A stretch of 64,000 bases of DNA from Candidatus Cloacimonadales bacterium (GTDB lineage Bacteria > Cloacimonadota > Cloacimonadia > Cloacimonadales > JAIOQZ01). Position 1 is the stretch's first letter. Each line of letters starts with the position of its first letter. Shown here piece after piece: positions 16,906 to 25,681 of the stretch. Position numbers and translations under genes: made by a program. The stretch is from assembly GCA_963662655.2 (NCBI GenBank), contig CAXXTU010000001.1, positions 32,001-96,000 of the forward strand, read 5' to 3'. Below the pieces are notes generated by a model, which was not told where the DNA came from, ran no database searches, and saw only the letters and a list, made by a program, of their open reading frames with translations.

Positions 16906-18275
16906 GAAAAAGAGTTTTAGTAGTCGACGATGAAGCCCTCATCCGGGAATTCATCCAGAGTTTTTTTGAAGGGACACCGGAGTTCTCCGAGTGCAAGGTC
17001 GATGTCGCCGTAAACGGCGAAGAGGCGATCGCCAGGATTCGCGAGAAAACCTACGATCTGATCTTCACCGACCTCAAGATGCCGGGGAAAAGCGGCCTCG
17101 ACGTGATCAAGTTCGCGTCCGAACACTCGCCCACCACCGACACGGTGCTCCTGACGGCGTACGCGGGAGGCGAGAGCGCAGCCAAGGCAATGGCATACGG
17201 CGCATACGAGTACATCACCAAGCCGGTTCCCATCGACGAACTGGAGATGATCGTTAGGCATATCTTCGAGCGGCGCGAGCTGATCGAGGAGAACCGCGAC
17301 CTGAAGCAGCAGCTCCGCCAGAAAATTTCCTACCCCAAGATCATCGGCAGAAGCAAGAAGATCATGGACATCATGGAAGTGGTGAAGATGGTCGCTCCGA
17401 CGAACTCCACCATCCTCATCACCGGCGAAAGCGGAACGGGTAAGGAGCTCATCGCCCAGGCCATCCACGACCTCAGTCCCCGCAAAGACAAGAATTTCGT
17501 GCGCATCAACTGCGCAGCCATACCGGAGCAGCTCATCGAAAGCGAGCTCTTCGGATTCGAGAAAGGCTCCTTTACCGGCGCTATCAAGCGTACACGCGGT
17601 AAATTCGAGATGGCGCACGAGGGCTCGATCCTGCTGGACGAAATCAGCGAGATGAACCTTGACCTTCAGGCCAAATTGCTCCGCGTCATCCAGGAAAAAG
17701 AACTCACACGAATCGGTAGCGAAACCCCAGTGAAAGTCAACGCGCGTGTTATCGCGACCTCGAACCGCGATCTCTCGGCCGAGGTGGAGAAGGGCAACTT
17801 CCGCGAGGACCTCTTTTTCCGGCTGAATATCGTCCCCATCCATCTCCCGCCCCTGTGCGAGCGTCCCGAGGACGTCCCGCTGCTGGCGGATCACTTCACC
17901 AAGAAGCTCTGTTTCGAGCACGGCATCGCCAAGAAGGTGATAACGCCCGAAGTTACGGAGCTGCTGGTCACCTACAAATGGCCCGGAAACATCCGCGAGC
18001 TGCAAAACGCGATCGAACGGGCGATCATTACCAACCCGGGCGATATCCTCGACCTGAAGGCGTTCCATTTCATGGACGTCAAGCCGGCCGCCAAGGTGTC
18101 CGCATCTCCCCTGGGAGGCCTGGACGGCAAGTCGATGGCTGAAGTCGAGAAGATGATGATCTTCAACACACTCGAGAAAACCAACAACAACCGTACCGAG
18201 GCAGCCACCATCCTGGGTATCACCACGCGTACCCTGCGGAACAAACTGCACCAGTACGCGCAGGAAGACCAGTAA
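16902..18275 (+). CDS. Sigma54-dependent response regulator (NtrC/FleR-like)
   Basis: Receiver (TDLKMP), GESGTGKE, GSFTGA, LLDE, WPGNIREL, and HTH (TRTLRNKL). Confidence 0.95.
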   Translation: MRKRVLVVDDEALIREFIQSFFEGTPEFSECKVDVAVNGEEAIARIREKTYDLIFTDLKMPGKSGLDVIKFASEHSPTTDTVLLTAYAGGESAAKAMAYGAYEYITKPVPIDELEMIVRHIFERRELIEENRDLKQQLRQKISYPKIIGRSKKIMDIMEVVKMVAPTNSTILITGESGTGKELIAQAIHDLSPRKDKNFVRINCAAIPEQLIESELFGFEKGSFTGAIKRTRGKFEMAHEGSILLDEISEMNLDLQAKLLRVIQEKELTRIGSETPVKVNARVIATSNRDLSAEVEKGNFREDLFFRLNIVPIHLPPLCERPEDVPLLADHFTKKLCFEHGIAKKVITPEVTELLVTYKWPGNIRELQNAIERAIITNPGDILDLKAFHFMDVKPAAKVSASPLGGLDGKSMAEVEKMMIFNTLEKTNNNRTEAATILGITTRTLRNKLHQYAQEDQ

Positions 18276-18287
18276 TCTGGAAGGCGG

Positions 18288-19265
18288 ATGCCAAACGTGG
18301 AATTCGCTTTCGTTTCATCTGAAAACCAGTTTGTAAACGGAAATGATCCATTCTCCGACCTGAGCGTATTGCAAGCGTACGCTGAAGCGAATCAGGCTGA
18401 ACTCTGCATCCTGAAAGCGCTCGATGGCGACAACTTCCTGGCGTGGATGCCGGTATTTCTCAAGAAGAAGGCCAATATTCCCGTTGCGATCACACCCCCG
18501 CTTCTCCCCTACATCCCCATCGTTTTCCCCGGAAGCGACGACGGTTCAGCGAACGCGAAGCAGTGGAGCCACGTGGAGATCATGCAAGGGTTTTCCGGGA
18601 AGTTACAGGATTCCTGCCGGCGCTTACTGATCAACCTCCCAACCGGTATCACCGACGTTCGAGGCTTCCAGTGGAGCGGTTTTTCCGCAATCCCGCGCTA
18701 CACGTACGTCTACTCATTGAAGGAAGGCGTGCGTTATCAGCGTCTGAAGTACCGGGATATCAAACGCGCCGGGGAGCTCGATCCCGAGATGGTGGAAGAG
18801 AAGAACATCCCGCTTTTCCTCGCGCTGAAAGAGGAAACGTATCAAAAACAATCGAAGCGATTTCCCTACAACGACGTTATACATCAAGAACTGCTGGAAA
18901 AACTCTTTGCAACCGGCTTCCTCAGGCAATTCACCGTCCGGTGCAACGGCAGGGATGTTTCCACGCAGCTAATTTACGAGGGCAAGAAAACGGTTTACAC
19001 ATGGCAGGGATTTACGAATCGAGACTTTCTGCGGGAGGGGATCACCACCTGGATCAACGACAGCTTGATCCGCCATTACCGCCCGACGCACGAGTCCTTC
19101 GATTTCTGCGGGGCGAACATCCCGGATATCGCAAAATACAAGAGTGGCTTCGGAGGCGAATTGACACCCTACTATCAGCTTCAGTGGACGGATTCTCCAC
19201 TGCTGGAATCGCTGCTGGACCACACGAAAAATCTCACCGGCCTGAGAAAGAAGCTTTTCTCGTAG
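18288..19265 (+). CDS. GNAT/FemAB-like acyltransferase of a polysaccharide locus
   Basis: C-terminal FDFCGAN...IAKYKSGFGG motif, and glycan-locus context. Confidence 0.75.
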   Translation: MPNVEFAFVSSENQFVNGNDPFSDLSVLQAYAEANQAELCILKALDGDNFLAWMPVFLKKKANIPVAITPPLLPYIPIVFPGSDDGSANAKQWSHVEIMQGFSGKLQDSCRRLLINLPTGITDVRGFQWSGFSAIPRYTYVYSLKEGVRYQRLKYRDIKRAGELDPEMVEEKNIPLFLALKEETYQKQSKRFPYNDVIHQELLEKLFATGFLRQFTVRCNGRDVSTQLIYEGKKTVYTWQGFTNRDFLREGITTWINDSLIRHYRPTHESFDFCGANIPDIAKYKSGFGGELTPYYQLQWTDSPLLESLLDHTKNLTGLRKKLFS

Positions 19266-19297
19266 CCGGAACTTAGCTTTGACATGAGAGTAACACA

Positions 19298-21061
19298 ATG
19301 ATTTCCATATTCATAGATAACAAGCTGGACATCTACCAGCGAGAAATTCGCTACACGTTCGATTTCATCTTCAAGACACTCGGTTACAATCACAAGTACA
19401 TACGCAAAAGCAGCGAGGCGGGGGAGCAAGACATCATCTTCGCCTACAGCCTCACCCAGCCCACGGACGAAGAGCTTCTCCTTCTGGGAGAGGACCGCAT
19501 CATTTTCTATTCGCCGGTGGAGATCGACCTCTACAATCCCGAGAAACTCACGCAGGAAAATATCGCCAACCTGCTGAAAGAAATCGCGTTCGAGAAGAAA
19601 CCCATTCCGGTGCTGGCCCAGGGCAACCTGAACAGCCCGATCCACTTCAACATCGCCGAGCAGCACTTCATCAGTCGCTTCCTCTTCGACGTAGTGGGCA
19701 ATATCTTCTTCAACCTTTCCCACTCTGGGGCGCAAAACAGCCAGAAAAAGGACGAGTTCGGCAGGGTGCGCGACGACGCATATCCTTTCGGTTCATATTC
19801 GAGCTTCCCCTACATCAACATGTTCTTGTGGCTCATCGACAGCACGATCCACCACGCCATCGACCGGCATCGAGGATACCTGCTACGCAAATCGATCTGG
19901 CCCAAGGGCGAGGAGGCGGCCGCGTCCCTCACGTTCACGATCAATCGCCTGCAAAAGTGGTCGTTCTCGCGCTTCGTGGCCTCGTTCTTCGAGGATTTCC
20001 TCCTCTTCCTGACGCTCAAGTGGAACATCTGGGGACGAAGCTTTAGCAGCAAATGCCGCTACCTTTTCACCAACATCGAGCAATACTGGAACTTCGACGC
20101 CATCACCGAGATTCTGGACGAGCACTCGCTGAAGAGCACCTACTTCTTCTCGGTCCAAAAAACCGGCAAAATAGGAGCCGATTACTCCCTCGACGACGAT
20201 GAGGACTTACAGGAGATCGTGAAAGCGAACCTGGAGAAGGGGCACGACATAGGCCTCCTGGGCTCATTCGATCATTACAAGAGCGAGCGGATGAAGGAGC
20301 ACAAGGACTTCCTTCGCAACACATTCGATATCCGCGACCTGGGCATCCGGCAGGATAAATATCGCTGGGACGCGCAGGTAACGCCCGAGATTCACAGCAA
20401 GATGAACATGCTTTACGATTCCAGCGTCACCTACAACGAGCGAAACGGATTCAAGAACGGCATCGCGTACCCGTACTTCCCGTACGCGAAGAAACTCGCG
20501 GCCAAAAGGCACTTCCAGTTCGTGGAAATGCAGCCTGCCTTCTGCGACGAACACCTCCGCCTCTCCAAGCATCGCTCCCTTTCGCTGGATAAATCGCAAA
20601 TGGTCGTTCGCAACCTCATCAATTCGGTTTCGGGCGTCAACGGTCATATCGTTTTCGATTTCAACATATCCAATTTCTGCGATATTTCGCACAACGACAA
20701 GCTCCTCGACTACACCATCGACCTGCTTACGCAGAACGATATCTACATCGCGCCGCTGCAAGACATCGCCAAGTGGTGGAATCGCCGCGACCGCATTCAA
20801 ATCTACGAGAATCCCAACGAGATCATGATCTACGTGCAGGACAACATGGAACGCTTCACGGTCGAACTGCTGGGCAAGATGAAAATACTCAGCATCGACG
20901 GCGCGGAATACATGCTCAGCGGGAAGAAAATCCGGTTCGTGAAGGTCGCTCCGGGAACAACCATCACCATCAAGCTCGATCCTGTCCTGACGATCAGGAA
21001 ATTCGCTCAGGAAGAAGACATCCCGGGTGATCGGAAGAAAGATGACGCAGCAAAAGAGTAA
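19298..21061 (+). CDS. Polysaccharide deacetylase-like protein
   Basis: KSTYFF, GHDIGLLGS, YDSSV, GFKNG..YPY pattern of NodB-like barrels. The usual HDVD and GLH residues appear substituted. Confidence 0.65.
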   Translation: MISIFIDNKLDIYQREIRYTFDFIFKTLGYNHKYIRKSSEAGEQDIIFAYSLTQPTDEELLLLGEDRIIFYSPVEIDLYNPEKLTQENIANLLKEIAFEKKPIPVLAQGNLNSPIHFNIAEQHFISRFLFDVVGNIFFNLSHSGAQNSQKKDEFGRVRDDAYPFGSYSSFPYINMFLWLIDSTIHHAIDRHRGYLLRKSIWPKGEEAAASLTFTINRLQKWSFSRFVASFFEDFLLFLTLKWNIWGRSFSSKCRYLFTNIEQYWNFDAITEILDEHSLKSTYFFSVQKTGKIGADYSLDDDEDLQEIVKANLEKGHDIGLLGSFDHYKSERMKEHKDFLRNTFDIRDLGIRQDKYRWDAQVTPEIHSKMNMLYDSSVTYNERNGFKNGIAYPYFPYAKKLAAKRHFQFVEMQPAFCDEHLRLSKHRSLSLDKSQMVVRNLINSVSGVNGHIVFDFNISNFCDISHNDKLLDYTIDLLTQNDIYIAPLQDIAKWWNRRDRIQIYENPNEIMIYVQDNMERFTVELLGKMKILSIDGAEYMLSGKKIRFVKVAPGTTITIKLDPVLTIRKFAQEEDIPGDRKKDDAAKE

Positions 21062-23438
21062 TCGCAAACTCGCGGTAATGCTGACGCTCGCCCACCGCGG
21101 CGACGACGTGCGGCTGTACCATAAACTGGGGCGATCCCTGGCAAAAAAGTACGACGTCTCGCTGATCACTCCGGTGAAAGTCAAACTCGACACCGGCTCG
21201 GATCCCATCCCGAATTTCGAAGTGGTCAACATCGCTTGCAAGGGAAGATTCGATACGCTTTTGAAACTCTATCATACGGCTTGCCGAATGAAACCCGATG
21301 TCATCATCTGCATCGAACCGCAAACCATTCTTCCGGCGATATTGGTCAGGCGCGCAAGACAATCGGCTCTCATCTACGATTGCCACGAATTTTACGGCGA
21401 GAGCTTCAGCGAGCGTTTCCCCGCCCCCCTCAGAAAACCGGCCCGGTGGTTCTACCGTGCTCTGGAGAACTTTTTGGCTCACAGAGTAGACGGCATCATC
21501 GCCGTGAACGAAGTGATTGCCAGGAGATTCGAGCAGTTCACGGATCACATGGCGCTGTGCCCCAATTTCCTGAACAAACACATCGATTCGGCTGAACAAG
21601 AGCCGGTGGAGAAAGAATACGACCTGATTTACGCGGGTGGAATGCTGATCGAGAAGGGAATACTCGTCATTCTGCAAGCAATGAACGGACTGCGGGAGCG
21701 CTTTCCGGAGCTTCGCGTGCTTTTCCTCGGGAAATTTTACAATCAAGCCACGGAAGAGCAGTTTTTCAGCGCTGTCAAGCAACTCGGGATCGAGAAGCAC
21801 GTTGTCTACGGCGGTCAGGTCTCGCATCTCGAGGCGGCGGCAGCCATGCAGAAGACGCGCCTGGGCGTTGTCATGATGAATCCGGCATACAACCGCTATT
21901 GGGATTCGCTTCCCCTCAAGTTCATGGAATTCCTCAACGCCGGGCTGCCAGTCATCGCCCAGAACATGCCGATATTGCAGCACGTGGTCGAAGAACATCA
22001 AGTGGGAGCTTGTGTCGATTTTACGGCGGAATCGCTTGCGAGCGCAGTGGAGAAACTCCTTTCCAAAAGTGATGCCGACGGGCAGGCTATGTGCAGGAGA
22101 GCTCGTGAAGCGGCGCGGAAACTGTTCATGTGGGAAAATATCGAGGCCGACCTTCTGAAGATGGTTGCGAACACGCTTCGCAAGCGCCTTCTGATGTTCG
22201 CCTATTTCTACCCGCCATTGGGTGCTTCCGGCGTTCAACGCCCCTGCAAGATGGTGTGGTACTTGCGGCAGCAAGGAATCCTCTCGGACGTTATCTCGGT
22301 TAAGGATATCGTGTTTCACTCGTACGACCACGAGATGGTGCGCCAGTGCGGGCACAGAAGCCTCACCCGCACCAAGTCGCTTGATCCGATGTCCATCCTG
22401 AAGAAGATGCTACCTTCCCGCAAGGGCAGCGAAGTCTATTTCCAGACCGCCGAGTGGAAAAAGCGTCTTGTACGTGGTATATGGCCTATCGACGACAAGA
22501 TAGGCTGGCTCCCGTTCGCGCTTTCGGCTGCATTGTGTCGGAAAAACCGACCGGCTGCCGTCATGGCAACCACCGGTCCCTACACGGGTGGGCTTGCCGC
22601 ATACATCTACAGTAAGTTGACCGGAATCCCGCTTGCGATCGACTATCGCGACTCCTATACCGATCACCCCTATCTCGGTTTCCTCACTCCCGTTCATCGC
22701 TTGTTCGCACAGTTCGTGGAGAGATGCGTCCTCGAAAGGGCGTTCCTCGTTTCGACCGCGGCCGACGACATGAAAGAGAAGCTCATCGCAAGGTATGGCA
22801 ACCATTTACGGCAGAAGACGCACGTGATGTACAATGGATGGGATAAACGTGATTTCCACGAGTCTGTTGAGCCAAATCCCGATCGAAAGATCGTCCGCTT
22901 CTGCTATCTCGGGAATTTCTACGGGCTGCAGAGCGTGGAATTTTTCATCCGGGCCCTTCGCGAATTGCAGCAGGAAGAACGTTTACCGGATGATGTGGAA
23001 TTCTCCTTTACAGGTAACTACTTCTTTGAAACGCTGAACTTCCTGAACGATGCGAATCTCGCATCGAAGATTCATGTTCACCGTCAGGTGGAGCACACGC
23101 AGGCCGTTACCCGGATGATGCAGGCGGACGCGCTGCTTCTGTTCGTTGCGACCCCCAGGGGTAAGGGAATCCTCACCGGCAAGGTGTTCGAGTACCTCCG
23201 CAGCGGCAGGGAAATCCTGGCGATGGTTCCACCCGATGGAGAAGTTGCCGGCATCCTGCGGGACTGCAACTATCAGGATATCTGTCCGATGGAGGATGTG
23301 GGAGCTATCAAGGAGAAATTCCTGGCTGTTTATCACCGGATAAAGGCCGGGGAAACACCGGCGCATCCGAACATCGAAAAGTACTCCAGAGAGAGCCAGC
23401 TCGATGGCTGGATCAAGGTATTAAAGGAGCGATTCTAG
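21042..23438 (+). CDS. Fused tandem glycosyltransferase (two GT4 modules)
   Basis: Module 1: DVRLY, IYDCHE, PLKFMEFLNAGLPVI. Module 2: YFYPPLGASGVQR, IDYRD, GKVFEYL. Confidence 0.88.
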   Translation: MTQQKSNRKLAVMLTLAHRGDDVRLYHKLGRSLAKKYDVSLITPVKVKLDTGSDPIPNFEVVNIACKGRFDTLLKLYHTACRMKPDVIICIEPQTILPAILVRRARQSALIYDCHEFYGESFSERFPAPLRKPARWFYRALENFLAHRVDGIIAVNEVIARRFEQFTDHMALCPNFLNKHIDSAEQEPVEKEYDLIYAGGMLIEKGILVILQAMNGLRERFPELRVLFLGKFYNQATEEQFFSAVKQLGIEKHVVYGGQVSHLEAAAAMQKTRLGVVMMNPAYNRYWDSLPLKFMEFLNAGLPVIAQNMPILQHVVEEHQVGACVDFTAESLASAVEKLLSKSDADGQAMCRRAREAARKLFMWENIEADLLKMVANTLRKRLLMFAYFYPPLGASGVQRPCKMVWYLRQQGILSDVISVKDIVFHSYDHEMVRQCGHRSLTRTKSLDPMSILKKMLPSRKGSEVYFQTAEWKKRLVRGIWPIDDKIGWLPFALSAALCRKNRPAAVMATTGPYTGGLAAYIYSKLTGIPLAIDYRDSYTDHPYLGFLTPVHRLFAQFVERCVLERAFLVSTAADDMKEKLIARYGNHLRQKTHVMYNGWDKRDFHESVEPNPDRKIVRFCYLGNFYGLQSVEFFIRALRELQQEERLPDDVEFSFTGNYFFETLNFLNDANLASKIHVHRQVEHTQAVTRMMQADALLLFVATPRGKGILTGKVFEYLRSGREILAMVPPDGEVAGILRDCNYQDICPMEDVGAIKEKFLAVYHRIKAGETPAHPNIEKYSRESQLDGWIKVLKERF

Positions 23439-23440
23439 AA

Positions 23441-24547
23441 ATGAAAAAGAAGAAGATTGCCGAAGTTGTTCAACTGCAAATCCTCTACGGCTCGCAACGT
23501 GTCGCGCTGGATATCTGCGAACAACTTGACCGCGAGAAGTACGATATTTGCGTGCTGTGCGCTCCTTCGAACGACGACGGGAACGCCTTCGTTCGTGAAG
23601 TGAAACGCCTGCGCTTGCAATTGCACGTCGTGCCGCATTATCAGCGTTCCATTGGCCTGCCGGACCTTTTCGCTTTCTTCGAATTCCTGGCATTCTTCAA
23701 AAAGAACAAATTCGACATCGTGCACACCCACGGCTCCAAAGCGGGATTTCTCGCGAGAATCGCAGCCAGAGTCGCGGGAGTCCCACTCGTGATACACACC
23801 GTCCACGGCGTTCCGTATCACAATTGTCTTTCCAGGTACGCGCAATGGTTCTTCAAATCGCTGGAGCGCTTCGCCGGGATGTTCGCGCATCGCATCGTTT
23901 TCGTGAGCGACAACCAGCGCAGGCAGGCGATCAGGGAAAGGATCGTTCCTGCCGATAAAGCCGTCACCATATACAACGGCGTGACCGAGATCGAGCGAGA
24001 TCCACGAAAATATTCCGGTGATAAGCTCTTGATCGGCGCGGTGGGAAGATTCTGGACGCAAAAGAATTTCATCGTTACCATCAAAGCGGCCATCGAGGCC
24101 TGCAAGAAGAACCCGGCTCTGCAATTCGCCTTCCTTGGCGATGGCGAATACTACGAACAATGCCTCGGCATGATCAAGGAAAATAAGCTTGAGGATCGCA
24201 TTATCCTCCCGGGCTGGCAGGACAACGTTTCGGCCTGGCTGGATCGCTTCGACGTCTTTCTGCTCTATTCGCTCTGGGAAGGGCTGCCCGTCGCCATCAT
24301 CGAAGCCATGAACATGGGTCTCCCCATCATCGCATCGGACATCGACGGCAACAACGAGCTTGTGGACGACCGGAACGGTTTCCTGGTAGATGTGAAGAAG
24401 CCGGATGAGTTGGTTGAGCTTCTGGTTTCCCTGACAGACAAGAAAGATCGACTGGAAGACATGAGCAAACAATCCATTCAAAAGATCCGGGAGCGTTTCC
24501 AGCTGAGCCGGATGCTAGAGGAATACATCAGGAATTATGAAAACTGA
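23441..24547 (+). CDS. Glycosyltransferase family 4
   Basis: VHTHGSKAG, HTVHG, IYNG, SLWEGLPVAIIEAM. Confidence 0.92.
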   Translation: MKKKKIAEVVQLQILYGSQRVALDICEQLDREKYDICVLCAPSNDDGNAFVREVKRLRLQLHVVPHYQRSIGLPDLFAFFEFLAFFKKNKFDIVHTHGSKAGFLARIAARVAGVPLVIHTVHGVPYHNCLSRYAQWFFKSLERFAGMFAHRIVFVSDNQRRQAIRERIVPADKAVTIYNGVTEIERDPRKYSGDKLLIGAVGRFWTQKNFIVTIKAAIEACKKNPALQFAFLGDGEYYEQCLGMIKENKLEDRIILPGWQDNVSAWLDRFDVFLLYSLWEGLPVAIIEAMNMGLPIIASDIDGNNELVDDRNGFLVDVKKPDELVELLVSLTDKKDRLEDMSKQSIQKIRERFQLSRMLEEYIRNYEN

Positions 24548-25631
24548 TCTGCTGCTGGGCATTTCTCTGTTCCTGGGTGGGCTGCTGGCGACCTATATTC
24601 TCACTCCGCTATTCATCCGCGTTGCCGGAGCGCTGCGTCTCATCGATCAGCCGCACGAGCGCGGAATACACATTAAAGGAACTCCGACCGGCGGTGGCCT
24701 GTGCTTCGGAATCCCGACGCTCGCGCTGCAGTACGTCGTGTACCATTTCACGAAGAACCAGGACATCCTTGCGCTGATGGCGTGCGGAGCCGGCATCCTC
24801 GTGATCGGTTACATCGACGATCGCTGGAGGCTGCGCGCGTATCGCAAACTCTTCCTTCAGATCATCGTCGTTACGGCCGCTTTCTTCCTTGGTTTCCGCA
24901 CTGAAAGCCTCACCAATCCATTCGGCGCGCCGCTCGAAATGGGCCTCCTCACGTATCCGTTAACGTTGTTCTGGTTTTTATTGGTCATGAACGCGATCAA
25001 CCTCATTGATGGCATCGACGGCGCTGCGGCAGGCATCGCGACGATCGTGTCCCTCACGCTCGTCACCGTAGGCATCCACTACGACAACTATATCGTTGTC
25101 CACCTTCTGCTGATCATCATCGGTACGTGCCTGGCGTTTCTCCGGTACAATTTCAATCCTGCAAAGCTTTTCATGGGCGACACCGGAAGCCTCTTTCTGG
25201 GATTCAATCTGGCGGCGATTTCCATGATGGGTGTCGGCCCAGCAAAAGGTGTCACGGCCATGACGATGTTGATTCCCATTATCGTGCTATTTATCCCGTT
25301 GTTTGACACCCTGCTCGCAGTCGCACGGAGAATCAGCCGCACGACAAACATCTTCTCCGCCGATCGCGATCACCTGCATCACAAGCTGCTCGCTTTCGGT
25401 TTCTCGCAGAGGACCGTTGCGGCGATTATTTACTTCATTACCATTCTGTTCGGGCTGATTGCCATCGGTTTCTCCCTGGCCACCGACCGCGTAATGAACG
25501 TCCTGCTGCTGGTCTTGAGTTTCTTCCTGATGTTCATTTTCTACTACCTGATTCGAACGGTTAAAAAAGTTACCATAAAATACCGGGATTCACACCCGAA
25601 CGAATCGCAAAACGAAAAACAAGAGAAATAA
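24537..25631 (+). CDS. WecA/TagO-type undecaprenyl-phosphate HexNAc-1-phosphate transferase
   Basis: PTGGG, GYIDD, NAINLIDGIDG, FMGDTG, DRDHLHH, and multiple TMs. Confidence 0.92.
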   Translation: MKTDLLLGISLFLGGLLATYILTPLFIRVAGALRLIDQPHERGIHIKGTPTGGGLCFGIPTLALQYVVYHFTKNQDILALMACGAGILVIGYIDDRWRLRAYRKLFLQIIVVTAAFFLGFRTESLTNPFGAPLEMGLLTYPLTLFWFLLVMNAINLIDGIDGAAAGIATIVSLTLVTVGIHYDNYIVVHLLLIIIGTCLAFLRYNFNPAKLFMGDTGSLFLGFNLAAISMMGVGPAKGVTAMTMLIPIIVLFIPLFDTLLAVARRISRTTNIFSADRDHLHHKLLAFGFSQRTVAAIIYFITILFGLIAIGFSLATDRVMNVLLLVLSFFLMFIFYYLIRTVKKVTIKYRDSHPNESQNEKQEK

Positions 25632-25681
25632 AAAATGTATCGTAACGTTATACTTGCAGAAACAAATATGCGGAGCCAAGA

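Noticed and set aside
16917..18251. 444-aa minus-strand ORF
   Set aside because: Antisense to a clear NtrC-family gene, explained by codon bias.
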